DNA of 64,000 nucleotides from Batkoa obscura (Eukaryota): NCBI GenBank assembly GCA_030770535.1, contig JASVEC010000001.1, positions 1,736,001 to 1,800,000 of the forward strand, read 5' to 3'. Shown piece by piece: positions 24,996 to 37,176 of this stretch (position 1 is its first letter; each line of letters starts with the position of its first letter). The notes under the pieces were generated by a model. It saw only the letters and a program-made list of their open reading frames with translations, ran no database searches and was not told where the DNA came from. The position numbers and the translations under genes were made by a program.

Positions 24996-26699
24996 TTAAG
25001 TAATATCAACATTTAATAATTGATTTCTATCATCTAATAAGCTACTTACTTGCTTACTAAATATTGAAACTTTTAAATTCTCAGTTATTTTTGTAAGATA
25101 AGCTGGGGTTGACCTTTTAATTTTTCTATCCTCTATAGACTCTATAACTTTAATTGAAATTATGTCGCTTTTTTTTGATCTATCAGATACTGGATAACAG
25201 TATAGTTTTTTACCACGTTTAATAAAATGTAAATACTTTTTAATACCTTTTATTTTTATTATTTTTTTTGTATCTTTGTTTCTTTCATACTTTTTAAAAA
25301 TTATATTTGTTTTCCCATTATTGACAGTTGAGTTATTAAATCTATTATTTTCACAAACAAAAATCTCAAATTTTGAAATTAATTGATCAATATCTTCTAT
25401 TTTACCTAATGCTTCAAGACTATTTTTCCACTGTGAAAGATTTCCAAAATGCCCGTCAACTATACTTTTTCCATGATGCTCAGCAAAAAAATTAAGATGA
25501 ATATTTAAACTACTATTTATTTTATAAATTTCTTCAAATACATAATGTAAAAACTCTTGAGATTTAAAATGATATCCTGTATCTGCCCATATATTAATTT
25601 TTGTAAACTTTTTAAACAAAGGCTCTTTAGATATTAAATCAATCAAACAATCTCCTGCATATGCTGAATCATGATTTAATATTTCAGATAAATAATCAAA
25701 ATAAACTTTGCCTATTGTTTTATCGTTTTTTAAATACAAAACGCCAAACCCTAATACTGATATAGCTTGTTTGTTATAATGATCTAAGTTTATTGGATCT
25801 GGTCTCGTTCCTATTTCCATATTTTGTTTAAAGTCTAAAATTATTATACAACTTCTATTATTTAATTTTTCAATAGTTTCATTAAGTATGTTTTTTTGAG
25901 TATCAACACAAAATTCATGTAATTTATATAACCTTTTTTCTTTATTAAAAGATTCCTGTATCTCTGCTTTATTTTCTGTCGCTGTATTTATTTTATTTTC
26001 AAATAACTTTTTTCTAACTGTATACTGGGCACATATATTACATAAATCTGTTTTTCTTGCTGGATTTTTAAAATTATTTGGTATATATTTGAAAAATGTT
26101 GACCTAGCTACTGCTTTATCTTTTAAATCATTAAAATACTTACTGTATATCATCCTTCTACTTTTATTTAATATATATATATTCTCTGACGAATATTTAT
26201 CATTATTTTTCTTACTAAATCTTGATGAAATAGTTGAATTATCAAGTAAATATTGTATAATAATCTCGATTTGCTCATCTTTAATTTTTTTTGTATTTTT
26301 GATAGTAGGTCGTAATGTTGGTATTTTATTATTATTAATTATTTTTGAATAATCATATTGATTTTTACTTATATTAAATCCAAAACTTTTACATTCATCA
26401 AAAGAATATACTGAAGCTATAGTCGATAATAATGCTACTTGTTGGTTTTTGTTTCCTGTTTCCCTTAAAACACTAATTTTATACATTGCTTGATTAAGTT
26501 TGTTATTATTAATAGTAAAATTTAATAATATTTCTTTTCTTTTTTTTGTTTTATTATAAAATTCCATAAACTTTGGGCAATTGTGAATAGTTGCTAAAAT
26601 TGATGTAAATGAATTACAATGTTTATACAATGTGCTTCTCCCTACCGTATTAAAGTTTTTAGAAATTCCATTTCGAAGTTTAGTTATAAAAGCTTGCAT
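24996..26699 (-). CDS. DDD transposase (Sola-like; superfamily assignment tentative)
   Basis: 567-aa open frame with KTDLCNIC, ILDFKQN, IWADTGYHFK and NFFAEHHGKSIVDGHFG motifs, lying between the TIRs. Confidence 0.85.
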   Translation of the reverse strand: MQAFITKLRNGISKNFNTVGRSTLYKHCNSFTSILATIHNCPKFMEFYNKTKKRKEILLNFTINNNKLNQAMYKISVLRETGNKNQQVALLSTIASVYSFDECKSFGFNISKNQYDYSKIINNNKIPTLRPTIKNTKKIKDEQIEIIIQYLLDNSTISSRFSKKNNDKYSSENIYILNKSRRMIYSKYFNDLKDKAVARSTFFKYIPNNFKNPARKTDLCNICAQYTVRKKLFENKINTATENKAEIQESFNKEKRLYKLHEFCVDTQKNILNETIEKLNNRSCIIILDFKQNMEIGTRPDPINLDHYNKQAISVLGFGVLYLKNDKTIGKVYFDYLSEILNHDSAYAGDCLIDLISKEPLFKKFTKINIWADTGYHFKSQEFLHYVFEEIYKINSSLNIHLNFFAEHHGKSIVDGHFGNLSQWKNSLEALGKIEDIDQLISKFEIFVCENNRFNNSTVNNGKTNIIFKKYERNKDTKKIIKIKGIKKYLHFIKRGKKLYCYPVSDRSKKSDIISIKVIESIEDRKIKRSTPAYLTKITENLKVSIFSKQVSSLLDDRNQLLNVDIT

Positions 26700-26787
26700 T
26701 TTGTTTTTATTTTAACAAAAAACAAAGTCAAATAACTATATAATTATATATTATATAGCTATTGAATATTTAATAAAAAATACAAAA

Positions 26788-27148
26788 CACTGTGAAATAT
26801 CGTTTCATCATCTCTGTGATTGATTATCGCATAATAATCACTTAACTTGTTTACAAAACTAGTTGAGTATAAAATAGATTCTCAACATAATAGCTCAAGG
26901 CTTTTTAATTAAATTGTTCCCTAATATTTTACTTTTAATAAAGCCACTAAATCTTTCTGATAATATCTTATGTAGATTTTATAGTAATATCCTGTATTCT
27001 ATTTATTTTACATAGCTCGTAGCTTATTGCGTATTACTCCTATTGATTTAAGTCTATCTTAGCTACATAAACTAAGGCCTTTTGACTTACGGCCAGTTAA
27101 CTAAGCTAGAGCTGCTTTCAACTCCAATTGCTGAGTACTAACTTTCAC
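26788..27148 (-). pseudogene. Decayed coding fragment inside the transposon (copy A)
   Basis: Reads VKVSTQQLELKAALA*LTGRKSKGLSLCS*DRLKSIG..; homologous to 27528-28078 but lacks ~190 bp. Confidence 0.55.
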
Positions 27149-27408
27149 AAACATATAATCAAAAAAATAAAATAAAATAAAATAAATAAAATAAGTCTTT
27201 AAGTTAAATTTTTATATTTAATTTTAAGCTTTTTAAATTTAGCTAATTATACATTAAAGACTTACAAATTTAAAAACTTAAAATTTGGATTAATTTCTAG
27301 TTAAATTCTGAAACCAATTCGGACACCCCCATATATTATTTTTTTATTCATAAGTTTATTTTAATTATCGAAATTAAGATTAAATTTTTTAAACTTATTA
27401 TAAACAAT

Positions 27409-28078
27409 ATAAAAGTTAATACTTGATAATTAAAGTTAAAAGCAGTTTTTGTTTAATTACTTAGCTGTAAATTAAAAAGTTTTAGTTTATATAACTAAAA
27501 TTTAGGTTAATAAAAATAATATATAATATGAAAGTTGGTACTTAGTAGTTGGAGTTAAGGGCAGTTTTTGCTTAGTTAACTGGCCGTAAGCCAAAAGATT
27601 TTAGTTTATATAACTAAGATAGACTTAAATTAATAGGAATAGTGCACAATAAGCTACGAACTATGTAAAACAAATAGAATAGAAAAAAATACTAATGTAA
27701 AATCTACATAAAATAGTATAAAACTTAGTGGCTTTATTAGAAGTACGATATCAGGGAATAATTCAATTAAAAGGCCCCGAGTTATCATGTTGAAGAATCT
27801 CTTTTATACTCCAACTGGGTGGCTATATATAAAGAACATGATAATAGCTATTCCTTATTGTAGTTGCCAAGTATGGACATCAAAACGTGGACAATAAGTT
27901 CTTTATAATTAGGCGGTAGGAATTCTCACAGCAAATCAAAGTAAGGAACTTTGGATTGATTATACCACATGAATCACGGTCAAATTGAATACAAGGCTAC
28001 AGCTAGTTTTGTAAATAAGTTAAGTGATTATTATGTGATAATCAATTATGGGGCTGATGAAGCAACATTTTACAGCTG
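27409..28078 (+). pseudogene. Decayed coding fragments outside the TIR (short AT-shifted copy C ~27409-27500; copy B 27528-28078)
   Basis: Inverted homologues of 26788-27148 with in-frame TAA/TAG, two of them where copy A has CAG/CAA. Confidence 0.55.
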
Positions 28079-28576
28079 TATATAAAAAACATAATAATAG
28101 TTATTTTTCATTATAATTGCTAAATATAAATATTAAAATATGAAAACAGTATTTTTTGCAATTAGGCGATAAAATTTTCTATGGTAAATCTAAATAAAAA
28201 ACTTTAAATTAATTATATTTAAATCTAGAAATATAATAATTATTTAAATTATTTAAAAAATTGATTGCAGTTTTATAATTGATTTACGGTTGCAGCTAAT
28301 TATCTTTGCCACTTATAAAAAAAGTCAGATTATTTAAATCTATAATTTCAGTAAAAATAAAATTGGTCAAATCAGTATTATTAAAGCATATTTTTAATTT
28401 TAAAATATAAGTAAAGTATAAAATAACATCTCACTTTTTTAATTTAATATCTGTTAAAAAAAGTATTACTAATTTTTAATTTATTATCAGCATATGACAT
28501 AATTTATAAGCTAATTTAGTAGTCAAAATATTCTTCACCCTTTTAGGAGTAAAACAAGGACATGAAAACTCAGTTT

Positions 28577-28648
28577 CTCCCCATCAGGGAATCGAACCCT
28601 GGCCACCACGGTGAGAGCGTGGGATCCTAACCACTGGACCAATGAGGA
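28577..28648 (-). tRNA. tRNA-Glu(CTC)
   Basis: TCCTCAT/ATGGGGA acceptor stem; CCACG-CTCTCAC-CGTGG anticodon arm; GTTCGATT. Confidence 0.96.
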
Positions 28649-28942
28649 CGCTTCATTAATATGATATCAAAAGAAAACTTAATATTTATAATTAGAGTAT
28701 ATTTTTGAATTGAAGCCAATTTTGCAAATTACATTCTAACAATAAAGAATAACAGGGTTTTTTAATTATCAATTATTTTTGCATTATTAATTCACTGGTT
28801 TTAGTATATTTAATTTTGAAGCCTTTTTAATTTGAAGAACTTTTTATAAAGATATTAATAGTAGCAATGGTTAACCCCCTTTTAAGAATTTTTTAAAATG
28901 CCCACTTGCTAGTAACATCCATATTTACGTTTGTTACCATAT

Positions 28943-29041
28943 GGGGATGTATTTTTGTGTTTAAGAATTTTATTAACAATTTTTCTACTCAAATAGCGCT
29001 TAAAATATGGAAAAAGTGATGAAGCCAAAAAACACACCCCC
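28943..29041 (-). mobile_element. MITE family 1
   Basis: ATAT-GGGGATGTATTTTTG...TGAAGCCAAAAAACACACCCCC. Confidence 0.9.
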
Positions 29042-29968
29042 ACATATATGTTTAGATATTTGAAAATGGCTTTTTCCATAATAAAATGTATTTATCGTTC
29101 GTTTGATGTAACAAAACTATATAGTTTGAACCATATTGTCTATTTAACAAAAAAATACTTCAAGAACTCCAAATATAACTTTAACCGTCTACTGTTCTGC
29201 TGATACTATGAATGTTTCTATATGAGCTTAATGTGATTAATATTTACAAATATTCAACTAGGGACTATTATTACAATCATTCTTTTTTATTATAAAACTC
29301 ACAGCATATTATTGGTTAATAAAGTAGAAGTGCTGGTGAAGTCGTATTTTATTAAAATCATAAACTAGGTATATTCCAATTTAAAAATTTCTTTCAATTA
29401 ACAAAAATTCTTGTCAATAATACAAATATTTCGCTACAACTTTTATGTGTTGGATGGTACTAATGATTGTTAAATTGATCTTATTATATTTTTAATCAAG
29501 TGCATATAAAATAGTCATGAAAATCACAAGATTTAATGTAACACTGATGACTGGGTTCATATGTCCAGCTTTTGTATCTTTTTGTATATTATACTTATAT
29601 TTACTATAAATAAAAGATTCAATTAATAATCCCTATTTACATTCCACTTTTTTAATAGTTCCCAAAATTAGCTTAAATTTTATTACTGTAATTTAATAAT
29701 GCTCACTTACTATTTAAGGGATAAGAAACTATTTTGGTTTTATAAACAAATAGAATTTGATGTAGTTAATAGAATATTTTTAATATTGGTAATGACAAAC
29801 CTTGGTTTAAGGGAAAAAGGTAAAGATTAATAGGATCAAAAAACATTCAAATATTACCCTTAAAATCTATAAAGAGTATATTCCTCAACCATTGTTACTT
29901 AAATTAATTTAATATTGTACTAATAAGTTATATAACTAAGAAATTTTTTACCATGAGATTTATTAAAA

Positions 29969-30124
29969 ATGAAAATGAACATCTACTTCTTAACTATCCT
30001 TCTCGCTTACATTAACGTATCTCTTGCTTTACCTCAAGATTTTAGCCAATATTCTGATCCTGGTAATCAAGACTCTTCATCTGGAGGACCAAATCTATTA
30101 AGATATCGCATTGCTTTTAAATGA
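29969..30124 (+). CDS. Small secreted peptide precursor, 51 aa (not in ORF track)
   Basis: MKMNIYFLTILLAYINVSLA-LPQDFSQYSDPGNQDSSS-GGPNLLRYRIAFK*; signal peptide; TATATAA ~40 nt upstream; frame-conserved paralog at 38747-38887. Confidence 0.75.
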   Translation: MKMNIYFLTILLAYINVSLALPQDFSQYSDPGNQDSSSGGPNLLRYRIAFK

Positions 30125-30653
30125 AAGTACACAGTTTATATTTATAGTTTACAATATTCATACTTATGGATATACTCTACCTATAGTTTAATCTTATTAT
30201 TAAATAATATACCTATTTAAACCTTTTAATATATTTGATTTAATGATTACAATTTATTAAAAAAATATTTTTTTAGTTAAATAACCTATATAAAACTAAT
30301 TAATTATATGTTATGGTTATTTTTTTAATTCTTTCATTTAGATTATTTTATTAATATAATTCAATAAAAAGCTATTTTATTTTAATCTTTAAATAGACTT
30401 AATAATAATATTTTCAAATTCAAAAATTGAATCTTAAAAACTAGAAAGGGGAATTATACGTTATCTGATCTAAAACATTAACTATAAAGTGATCTTATTG
30501 AGATGAAGTATTCTATCTTTAAATCAATCATATTAATTTGAATCCTGATTTGGTTATTATTTTTTTTAAAATGATAATTGGACTTACAAATACAATAGAT
30601 TGAATTGTTTAAGTAAATTATAAATTATAGAAATTTAATTTAGTATTATTATG

Positions 30654-30842
30654 AGAGTTCGGCTTCACCCTGCGGTAGTGCAATACAAGGGAAACCTGTG
30701 GAGAGGCATTGAGCAAGCCCAATGCTTTCTCCGAAAACCAAAGATTGAGTTAATAACATTTAAGTCCGTAGACTTAATTTCAGTTATTAAACTGAAAAGA
30801 ACAGATACTACACTTGATCTTAGCCAAAAGGCTTGAGAGGAT
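30654..30842 (-). ncRNA. U2: U2 spliceosomal snRNA
   Basis: ATCCTCTCAAGCCTTTTGGCTAAGATCAAGTGTAGTATCTGTTCTT 5' end, branch-pairing GTAGTA, TATTGCACTA loop IV; 3' end approximate. Confidence 0.97.
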
Positions 30843-33046
30843 TGTAAAGATCAATCAATGAGAGTGGTTGCATTTTTATTCCCCGAGCAAAATTATGCTA
30901 ATGTTTTAGTTGTGGGATTGCTTAGTTAACTTTTTATTCATTTCAAGCCTGTTTGATTTGCTGGTCAATTTTTCTTCGAAATGTACCAATAATTTTGAGT
31001 GACTAGAAATTATTAAATACTCAAAAAAGCAAAAATAAATAAAAATCTGATAAAAGTTAGTGCTTTTATATACTAATGTAAACATACATGTTAATGAAGA
31101 AGGTTGAAGATTTATACTCTATTTTAGTTTTCCAATTAAAGTTTTTTAAAAGTGAAAAATTCTTCTTAATTAAAAGCTTGGGCATAAAACTGTAATATGA
31201 AAATCTTATAAAGGCCAATCACTTTATTTACTTAATTTTTGTGATCTTTAAACATTATGTTATTTATTTAGTATAAATATTTCATTTTATGAAAAATGAA
31301 AATTAATAGTATAAAAACCTATAAATATAATTTTGCTCAAAACTTTAAAAATGCGTATAAATATTATATAACCAAAAAGAGAGTGTTTTAATCTGATTTA
31401 CAAGGCCTTATGGAAACAAGCTGTTATAGACATAACAGAATTAACAATCCAATATAAAATTCCTACTTATATACAATATTTAGTCTTAAAGCAATAAATT
31501 CTAATAGCCGATTATAGTATATTAAAAACTGAATAAAAAGATTTAAGTGATACATCTTAATAATGTCTAAAGGTAGTTTATTTGGCTTTATAAATATTTG
31601 GATCCATAACGAATTTTATTTCTATTGATTACATATTGATTTTTTATAGCTGATGTCCTATTAAAATTAACAGAGATCAATTTAATATGAAGTACTTTAT
31701 TTTAAGTAATCAATTTGAACTATATTGATTTTTTTAATCAGTTGCATATAAAAAATTGATATATCATCGATTGCAAATTAAAATTATATCTTTATATAAT
31801 ATAGTCATTCTTATTATATTTCATTTTTGCGTTATAAAGATAAATCGAGCTTAGTTTTTTATGAAGATTGTATAAAGGTTGGTTGATTGTTATTTTTGTA
31901 ATGCTCAAATTTAAAAATAAATGGTCATTAATATTCAAGGTCAAATAAGGCACGAGTTGAACAAAGCACAAATTTCAATTCTTTTTTATTTTAATAGGCA
32001 GTTTTTATGTTAATTTTAACCTCTTAGTAGATATTAAATACTGGTTTTAGGCTTAAGTAACGTTATAAAATAACGATTGATCTCTCTAGAGGATAATCAT
32101 TATCGTTTTAAACGAGGTCAAAATACAATTGGTATCTGTAATAGGCGATATGTGCATAAAATGAGTATAGGCTTATATAGGTTTAATATACAAGATAAAC
32201 CTAGGACGTGTTTGGATGTAATATATGAAGCATCTAATAATCTCAATATTCAAGTATGAACTTTATAAGTGATATCAACTATTTTTATATTTTTATTTAA
32301 TGGATTAAAGAAGCACTCACTTTATTGGATAAATGTATATTATAGTAATATTACAACATAGCAATAGTATATTCTATACGGTATTTGGACTATAAATTAC
32401 AATAGAGCCCTCATGATAATATAACGGTGATAATTTTTTTTGGGCGATTGACAATAATACTTTATATTATTGTGTAACTAGTTTAGACTTATGCTATTCT
32501 TTGTTATAAGTAACCAAATAGACTGGAAGTTCCATAAAAGCATTTAGCTATTATTTATTCTTATACGATTTGAAATAATGATGCTTTATACTATAGATGT
32601 TTTGTTTATGGCAAGTAAAGCTTATTATGAACTAGTCTATATGTATTTATTAACATATCCTTACTTTTTAATAAATTTGAATGTAATAGCAATTTATATT
32701 GAGCTCAAAGCAGTTCAGAAAAGGAAAGGAGGTGTTAATTGTTTTAGAAACACATTGGTACATATTAAGATTATCTCTATATTTTTGAATAGAACAACCA
32801 TGATTTAAATCAGGCTGATTAGAATACATAATGTTTGGATCGAAGAGTGAAGGTTTATAATCTTGGTTAGAAAAAGTATTTGGGTTTAGTGAAAATTCAT
32901 GAGGAACGTTGCTTTTTAGAATACGAGTTTCAATACTGTTTGCTGTATTGAGGATGGACATGCTGTTACTTTTTAAGAATTTAGAAATAAAGAATTGATT
33001 GATATTAATTTTAAAGCCAATGTTATTTGCTAAATCTTGAGCATAT

Positions 33047-33143
33047 AGTGATGTTTTTCTTGGTTTCATCGCTTTTTCCATTTTAAGCGCTATTTGAGCG
33101 GAAAGATTATTAATAAAATTCTTAAACAAAAAAATACATCCCC
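33047..33143 (+). mobile_element. MITE family 1
   Basis: ATAT-AGTGATGTTTTTCTTGGTTTCA...TACATCCCC-ATAT. Confidence 0.88.
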
Positions 33144-33187
33144 ATATAATAACTTTATTTACTAATAGTATTTTTCATACAACATAT

Positions 33188-33285
33188 AGGGATGTATTTT
33201 TTTGTTTAAGAATTTTATTAACAATTTTTCTACTCAAATAGCGCTTAAAAATGGAAAAAGTGACAAAACCAAAAAAAACATCCCC
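33188..33285 (-). mobile_element. MITE family 1
   Basis: ATAT-AGGGATGTATTTT...AAAACATCCCC-ATAT; inverted relative to the 33047 copy. Confidence 0.88.
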
Positions 33286-35249
33286 ATATCACTATTTTAA
33301 CCTTTTGTGTTTAAAGTGATTCGAAAGTTTATCAAAAACATACTACTACTTTATATACAATAAGTATTGATCATAGTTAGCATATGATCAGCACAGATAA
33401 TAGTTGTAACGTTTCTAAAGACTTTATTAAATGTTTTATTTATCCCAAGTAGCCTAAAATAAAATCAGGATAAACCATTTTATAAGATTCATTTTAAAAT
33501 GCTATAGAAACAAAACATGACTTCATCTCGCTAGATGCTACAACAAACATTTTGGAATTGAAGCTAGCTTATTGAAACTAGAGGTAATAATGTTTGAATA
33601 GACCTTAATAGTATTTTCAAAACAATCAGGTATTTTACATAATAACAATTTATTAAAATAGTAGGGATATGATGGAATAAGGTCTATGTTTATATGACTT
33701 TTATTATTATAATACGGCGGGGCGCGACCCACTATCGCTTATTTATTAACTAGTTTACTTGTAGTTAAAATTTACTAATATTGTAATAGCAGCACTTATT
33801 TTATTAAGTAAATTCACTTTCTGCTTTAATTATGTATTTAAAATCACATCTAATGAATGCTGAATCCTATTTGATTACTATAATTTTAAAAGTACATAAT
33901 TAAAAATAAGAGATAAATGTTAAGTTCTTTTCGCAAACTGACATACGTTTAAGGTTAGATGTTTGAAATTTTTATGAGAAAAAGAATGCTATAGCATTCT
34001 TATGTGGTAATTAAAAGAAAAAAGAAAAAAGAAAAATATGGGATTGAGATAAGCATTTACTGTTCGATCACAGATGCCAAACCTTGGGCGAATTAAATGG
34101 TTCCTAAATATTTCACCTTAGGATAACCAATTTATAAGAGACAGGTGACAATTACCGAAAGGATAAGTGTTAATATAAAGGCTAAAAGATAGTGTGATGT
34201 GTCAAAAGAGAGTTAAGCCTTTTCCTTGCTCTTGGGATGAATCTGGTTTGTTTTTAAGCATATAAATATATGCTTGCAATTTCAAAAATTTATGTTATGT
34301 AAATAGCACACATTATAATACAATATTATAATGTAAATTTAACATTTTTTGTCAAATATTATTTCAACATCAACTTCATAATAACAGCATTCTTGTCCAA
34401 AACAACTTACAGTGCAGAGTATAAGATAGTATGAATTTAAACTAAAAGTTAAAAAATATAAGAATCTCTTTTTGTTTGGTTCTTGTTTAATTTTTATATA
34501 GTGTAAAATAAAAAAAGAATTAGCTATATAGAGAAACAAAGGGCGTCCACAGATAAATTATTTTGAAATTAAAGAAAAGGCCTTTAGAATCTTTAAATTT
34601 TTGAAAAAATTGAGAGCAACTTACTTCATGATATTTGTACTTAAATGATTTTCGTAAAAAATTGAACTTGGGAAAAAAACTAAATCTTAGTTTAAAATTA
34701 GTCCACAAATGTTTATTAGTTGATTATTTAATAGGATTCTTACATCATTTTATGCCTCTGGGTAATATCCCCCGCATTCAAATAGCATAATGGGGTGTTG
34801 ATAAACAATAGTCTCCCCCTTTTTTATAAAGCTCGTGATAATAAAATAAAGTTGAGTTTTTGGCTCAAAATATACGTCACCTTTTGTTTTTGAAGTTTCG
34901 GGTTGTTTATAAAAATCAAATTTATTCCGATAATCCAAATATAGATGCACAAATACATCCCCAATAACTTTACCATCCCCTTTCAACTGGAAATAGTCTA
35001 ATTAGCAATAGTATTTATAATTTTAAAATAAAGTTTGGCTTAAAAAAGGAATTGCTGTAAATAAAATAATTACTGGTAGTATTTCTGTGTTTCACTATTT
35101 TATCCATTTACTATGCAATGTAAGATTAAAGGAAACATTAGTTAGATACTGAAACAAAAGGCACCCTCATAGAGATTTTCAATTCATACCTGAAAATTAA
35201 AAGTATAAATAAAGATGTTTTGACAAAAGGTTTGAAAAGATAAAACCAA

Positions 35250-37176
35250 ATGATTACTTTTATATTAATATTTAATTATACTATAATTACTTTAATATTT
35301 TATTGGATTTACAATGTAATATATAATATATTTTTTAGTCCATTAAGGAAAGTTCCAGGTCCGTTAATAAACTTGGTTTTTCCAATGGCTTACAGGGGAT
35401 ATACCTTTGCTGGTACTTATCATTTATATTCAAAAATATTGCACGGAAAATATGGGAAAGTTGTTCGAATAAGTAAATATAATGTTTTGATGATAATTTA
35501 AAGTGTAAAATTTTATCAGGTTGGAATCGTATATCAATATCATCCGATGAAGCAGCAAAAGAAGTTTATTCAACTTATTCTTTTGAAAAATCGGCCTTTT
35601 ATAATGGCTTTCAAATCGCTGGTGAAACGATACTTAGTACTAGGTAAATAAACTTTAATATTAGACTGCTAGTTACTAAACTGAAGTCAAATAGAAAGAA
35701 GGAATTTCATCGCGAAAGAGTAAATATTTACATATGAATGCCAACTAATTATTAAACATAAATTAGAAAAAGATACTTTCATCAAGTTTCTCAGATAAAT
35801 CGATATTGGAAGTTGAGTATTTGGTTAAGGAAAATGTCAATAGTTTAGTTACAAAGGTTGCAGATATAAGCTCGAATAATGAAGATTTTGATCTGGGTCT
35901 TTATTTTCACTATTTTTCATTTGTGAGATTGCTAAATTTAATTTAATTTATGTTATTAACATGATCATTAGGACGTTATTGGTGATTTGGCATTCGGAAA
36001 GTCCTTCGATACATTGAAAAATGGGCATCATCCTGTTATTGATTGGATTAAAAACTACTTCTTTTTATCTCTCATAGTAACATTAATTGTATTGTTTATA
36101 TTTCTAATATTAAATACTGTTTCAAGGTTGGAATATTCCCATTTTTAAAATACTATAAGTTTAATAGTATAACTCAACTTTATAAAGTAACTATTATTAA
36201 TAAATAATAATAATAGCAGTACTAATTGTATTTTTTTAGTTTTCATATGAAGCTATTGAAAATTCAAAAAGAAATTCTAATAGGAATTCCATATTAAACA
36301 CTCTAATCAGTGCATCTGATCCAGATACAGGAAGGAAGCTTAGCGAAAAAGAGATAGTAGAAGAATCAATACTTCAACTGTAAAAATAATACTCATAAAT
36401 TATTATCAATATTAATTTAATAAAATAGAATTGCAGGGTCCGATACAACATCAAACTCATTGACATGGTATTGTTCATAGTCACCAATAATTTGATAATA
36501 TTAAATTACTTTTAGGATTTTTTATCTTTTATCAAAATATCCACAGATTTATATGAAATTAAAGAATGAATTAAAAGGTCAATTTGAAGATCTGAATCAA
36601 ATCAACTTTATCAAATGTAAAGAAGAATGTGATTATCTCCGTGCTGTGATTTATGAAGGTTTAAGAATGTTTCCTGTTGTACCTGGTGGTTTACCGAGAG
36701 TTGTTCCAACAGGTGGTAAAGTCATTGAAGGCTATTTTATCCCTGAAAAAGTATTTATCTAAAATTGACAGCTATATGTTAATTAACACTATTTTCGATA
36801 TAGACTATTACTACGATAGATATAAATTATATTCAAAACGATCCTAAGTATTGGAAAGAACCTAGTGTATTTAAACCAGAGCGATGGATTGATCAAAATG
36901 GTAAATTTCAAAGTCACAAAAACTTTATGCCCTTTTTAATTGGCCCAAGAGCATGTTTAGGTAGAAAGTAATATTATTATCATGTAGTTATTATATACTA
37001 TCGATATTGATACTTTATATTATAGTTTAGCTTGGATGGAACTTTATTTAGCTACTGCGTCATTAGTCTATAGTTTTGGCTTTAAGTTAAAAGATGAAAA
37101 AAACATGGGATCTAAATCATATCTTGTCAATACACCAGAGAAAGCAATCCATATTTATGCTTTTAAAAACGAGTGA
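35250..37176 (+). CDS. Cytochrome P450 (multi-exon, about 11 introns)
   Basis: N-terminal TM + PLRKVPGP, I-helix AGSDTTS, EGLR, FKPERW, heme motif PFLIGPRACLG; TATAAATA ~45 nt upstream. Confidence 0.95.

Larger units (their letters stand above)
24465..27330 (-). mobile_element. Full-length DNA transposon, Sola-like DDD type
   Basis: Perfect 22-bp TIR GGGGGTGTCCGAATTGGTTTCA at 24465-24486 and 27309-27330; ATAT on both sides; internal transposase ORF. Confidence 0.9.
29696..30920 (+). repeat. ~1.2-kb inverted duplication arm (peptide gene + U2), partner ~37915-39166
   Basis: Promoter 29696-29875 aligns to the reverse complement of ~38990-39166; spacer motif AATC(C/T)TGATTTGGTTA shared; 30628-30894 identical to 37942-38208. 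Confidence 0.8.
32600..34990 (-). pseudogene. Possible decayed gene or element of unknown type, interrupted by two MITEs
   Basis: Co-oriented minus-strand protein-like segments (34750-34986, ~34000-34260, 33538-33732, 32668-33040) with scattered stops; no family recognised. Confidence 0.3.

Noticed and set aside
24465..27330. Fanzor/TnpB cargo in the transposon
   Set aside because: No second intact ORF, and no RuvC or zinc-ribbon motifs recognisable in the decayed upstream fragment.
26788..28078. TAA/TAG read as Gln (alternative genetic code)
   Set aside because: Intact genes here end in TAA/TAG and have no internal ones; one copy retains CAG/CAA where the other has TAG, so these are C>T mutations.
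2947..29041. tRNA-targeted insertion of the MITE/transposon family
   Set aside because: Three loci lie near tRNAs but at variable distance and side, and most copies have no tRNA nearby.
29540..29575. Hammerhead ribozyme core (CTGATGA + CTGG/CCAG stem); also CTGATGA near 28054
   Set aside because: The required GAAA after stem II is missing.
30651..30836. 61-aa ORF MRVRLHP... (also 38000-38185)
   Set aside because: It is the antisense strand of U2 snRNA.
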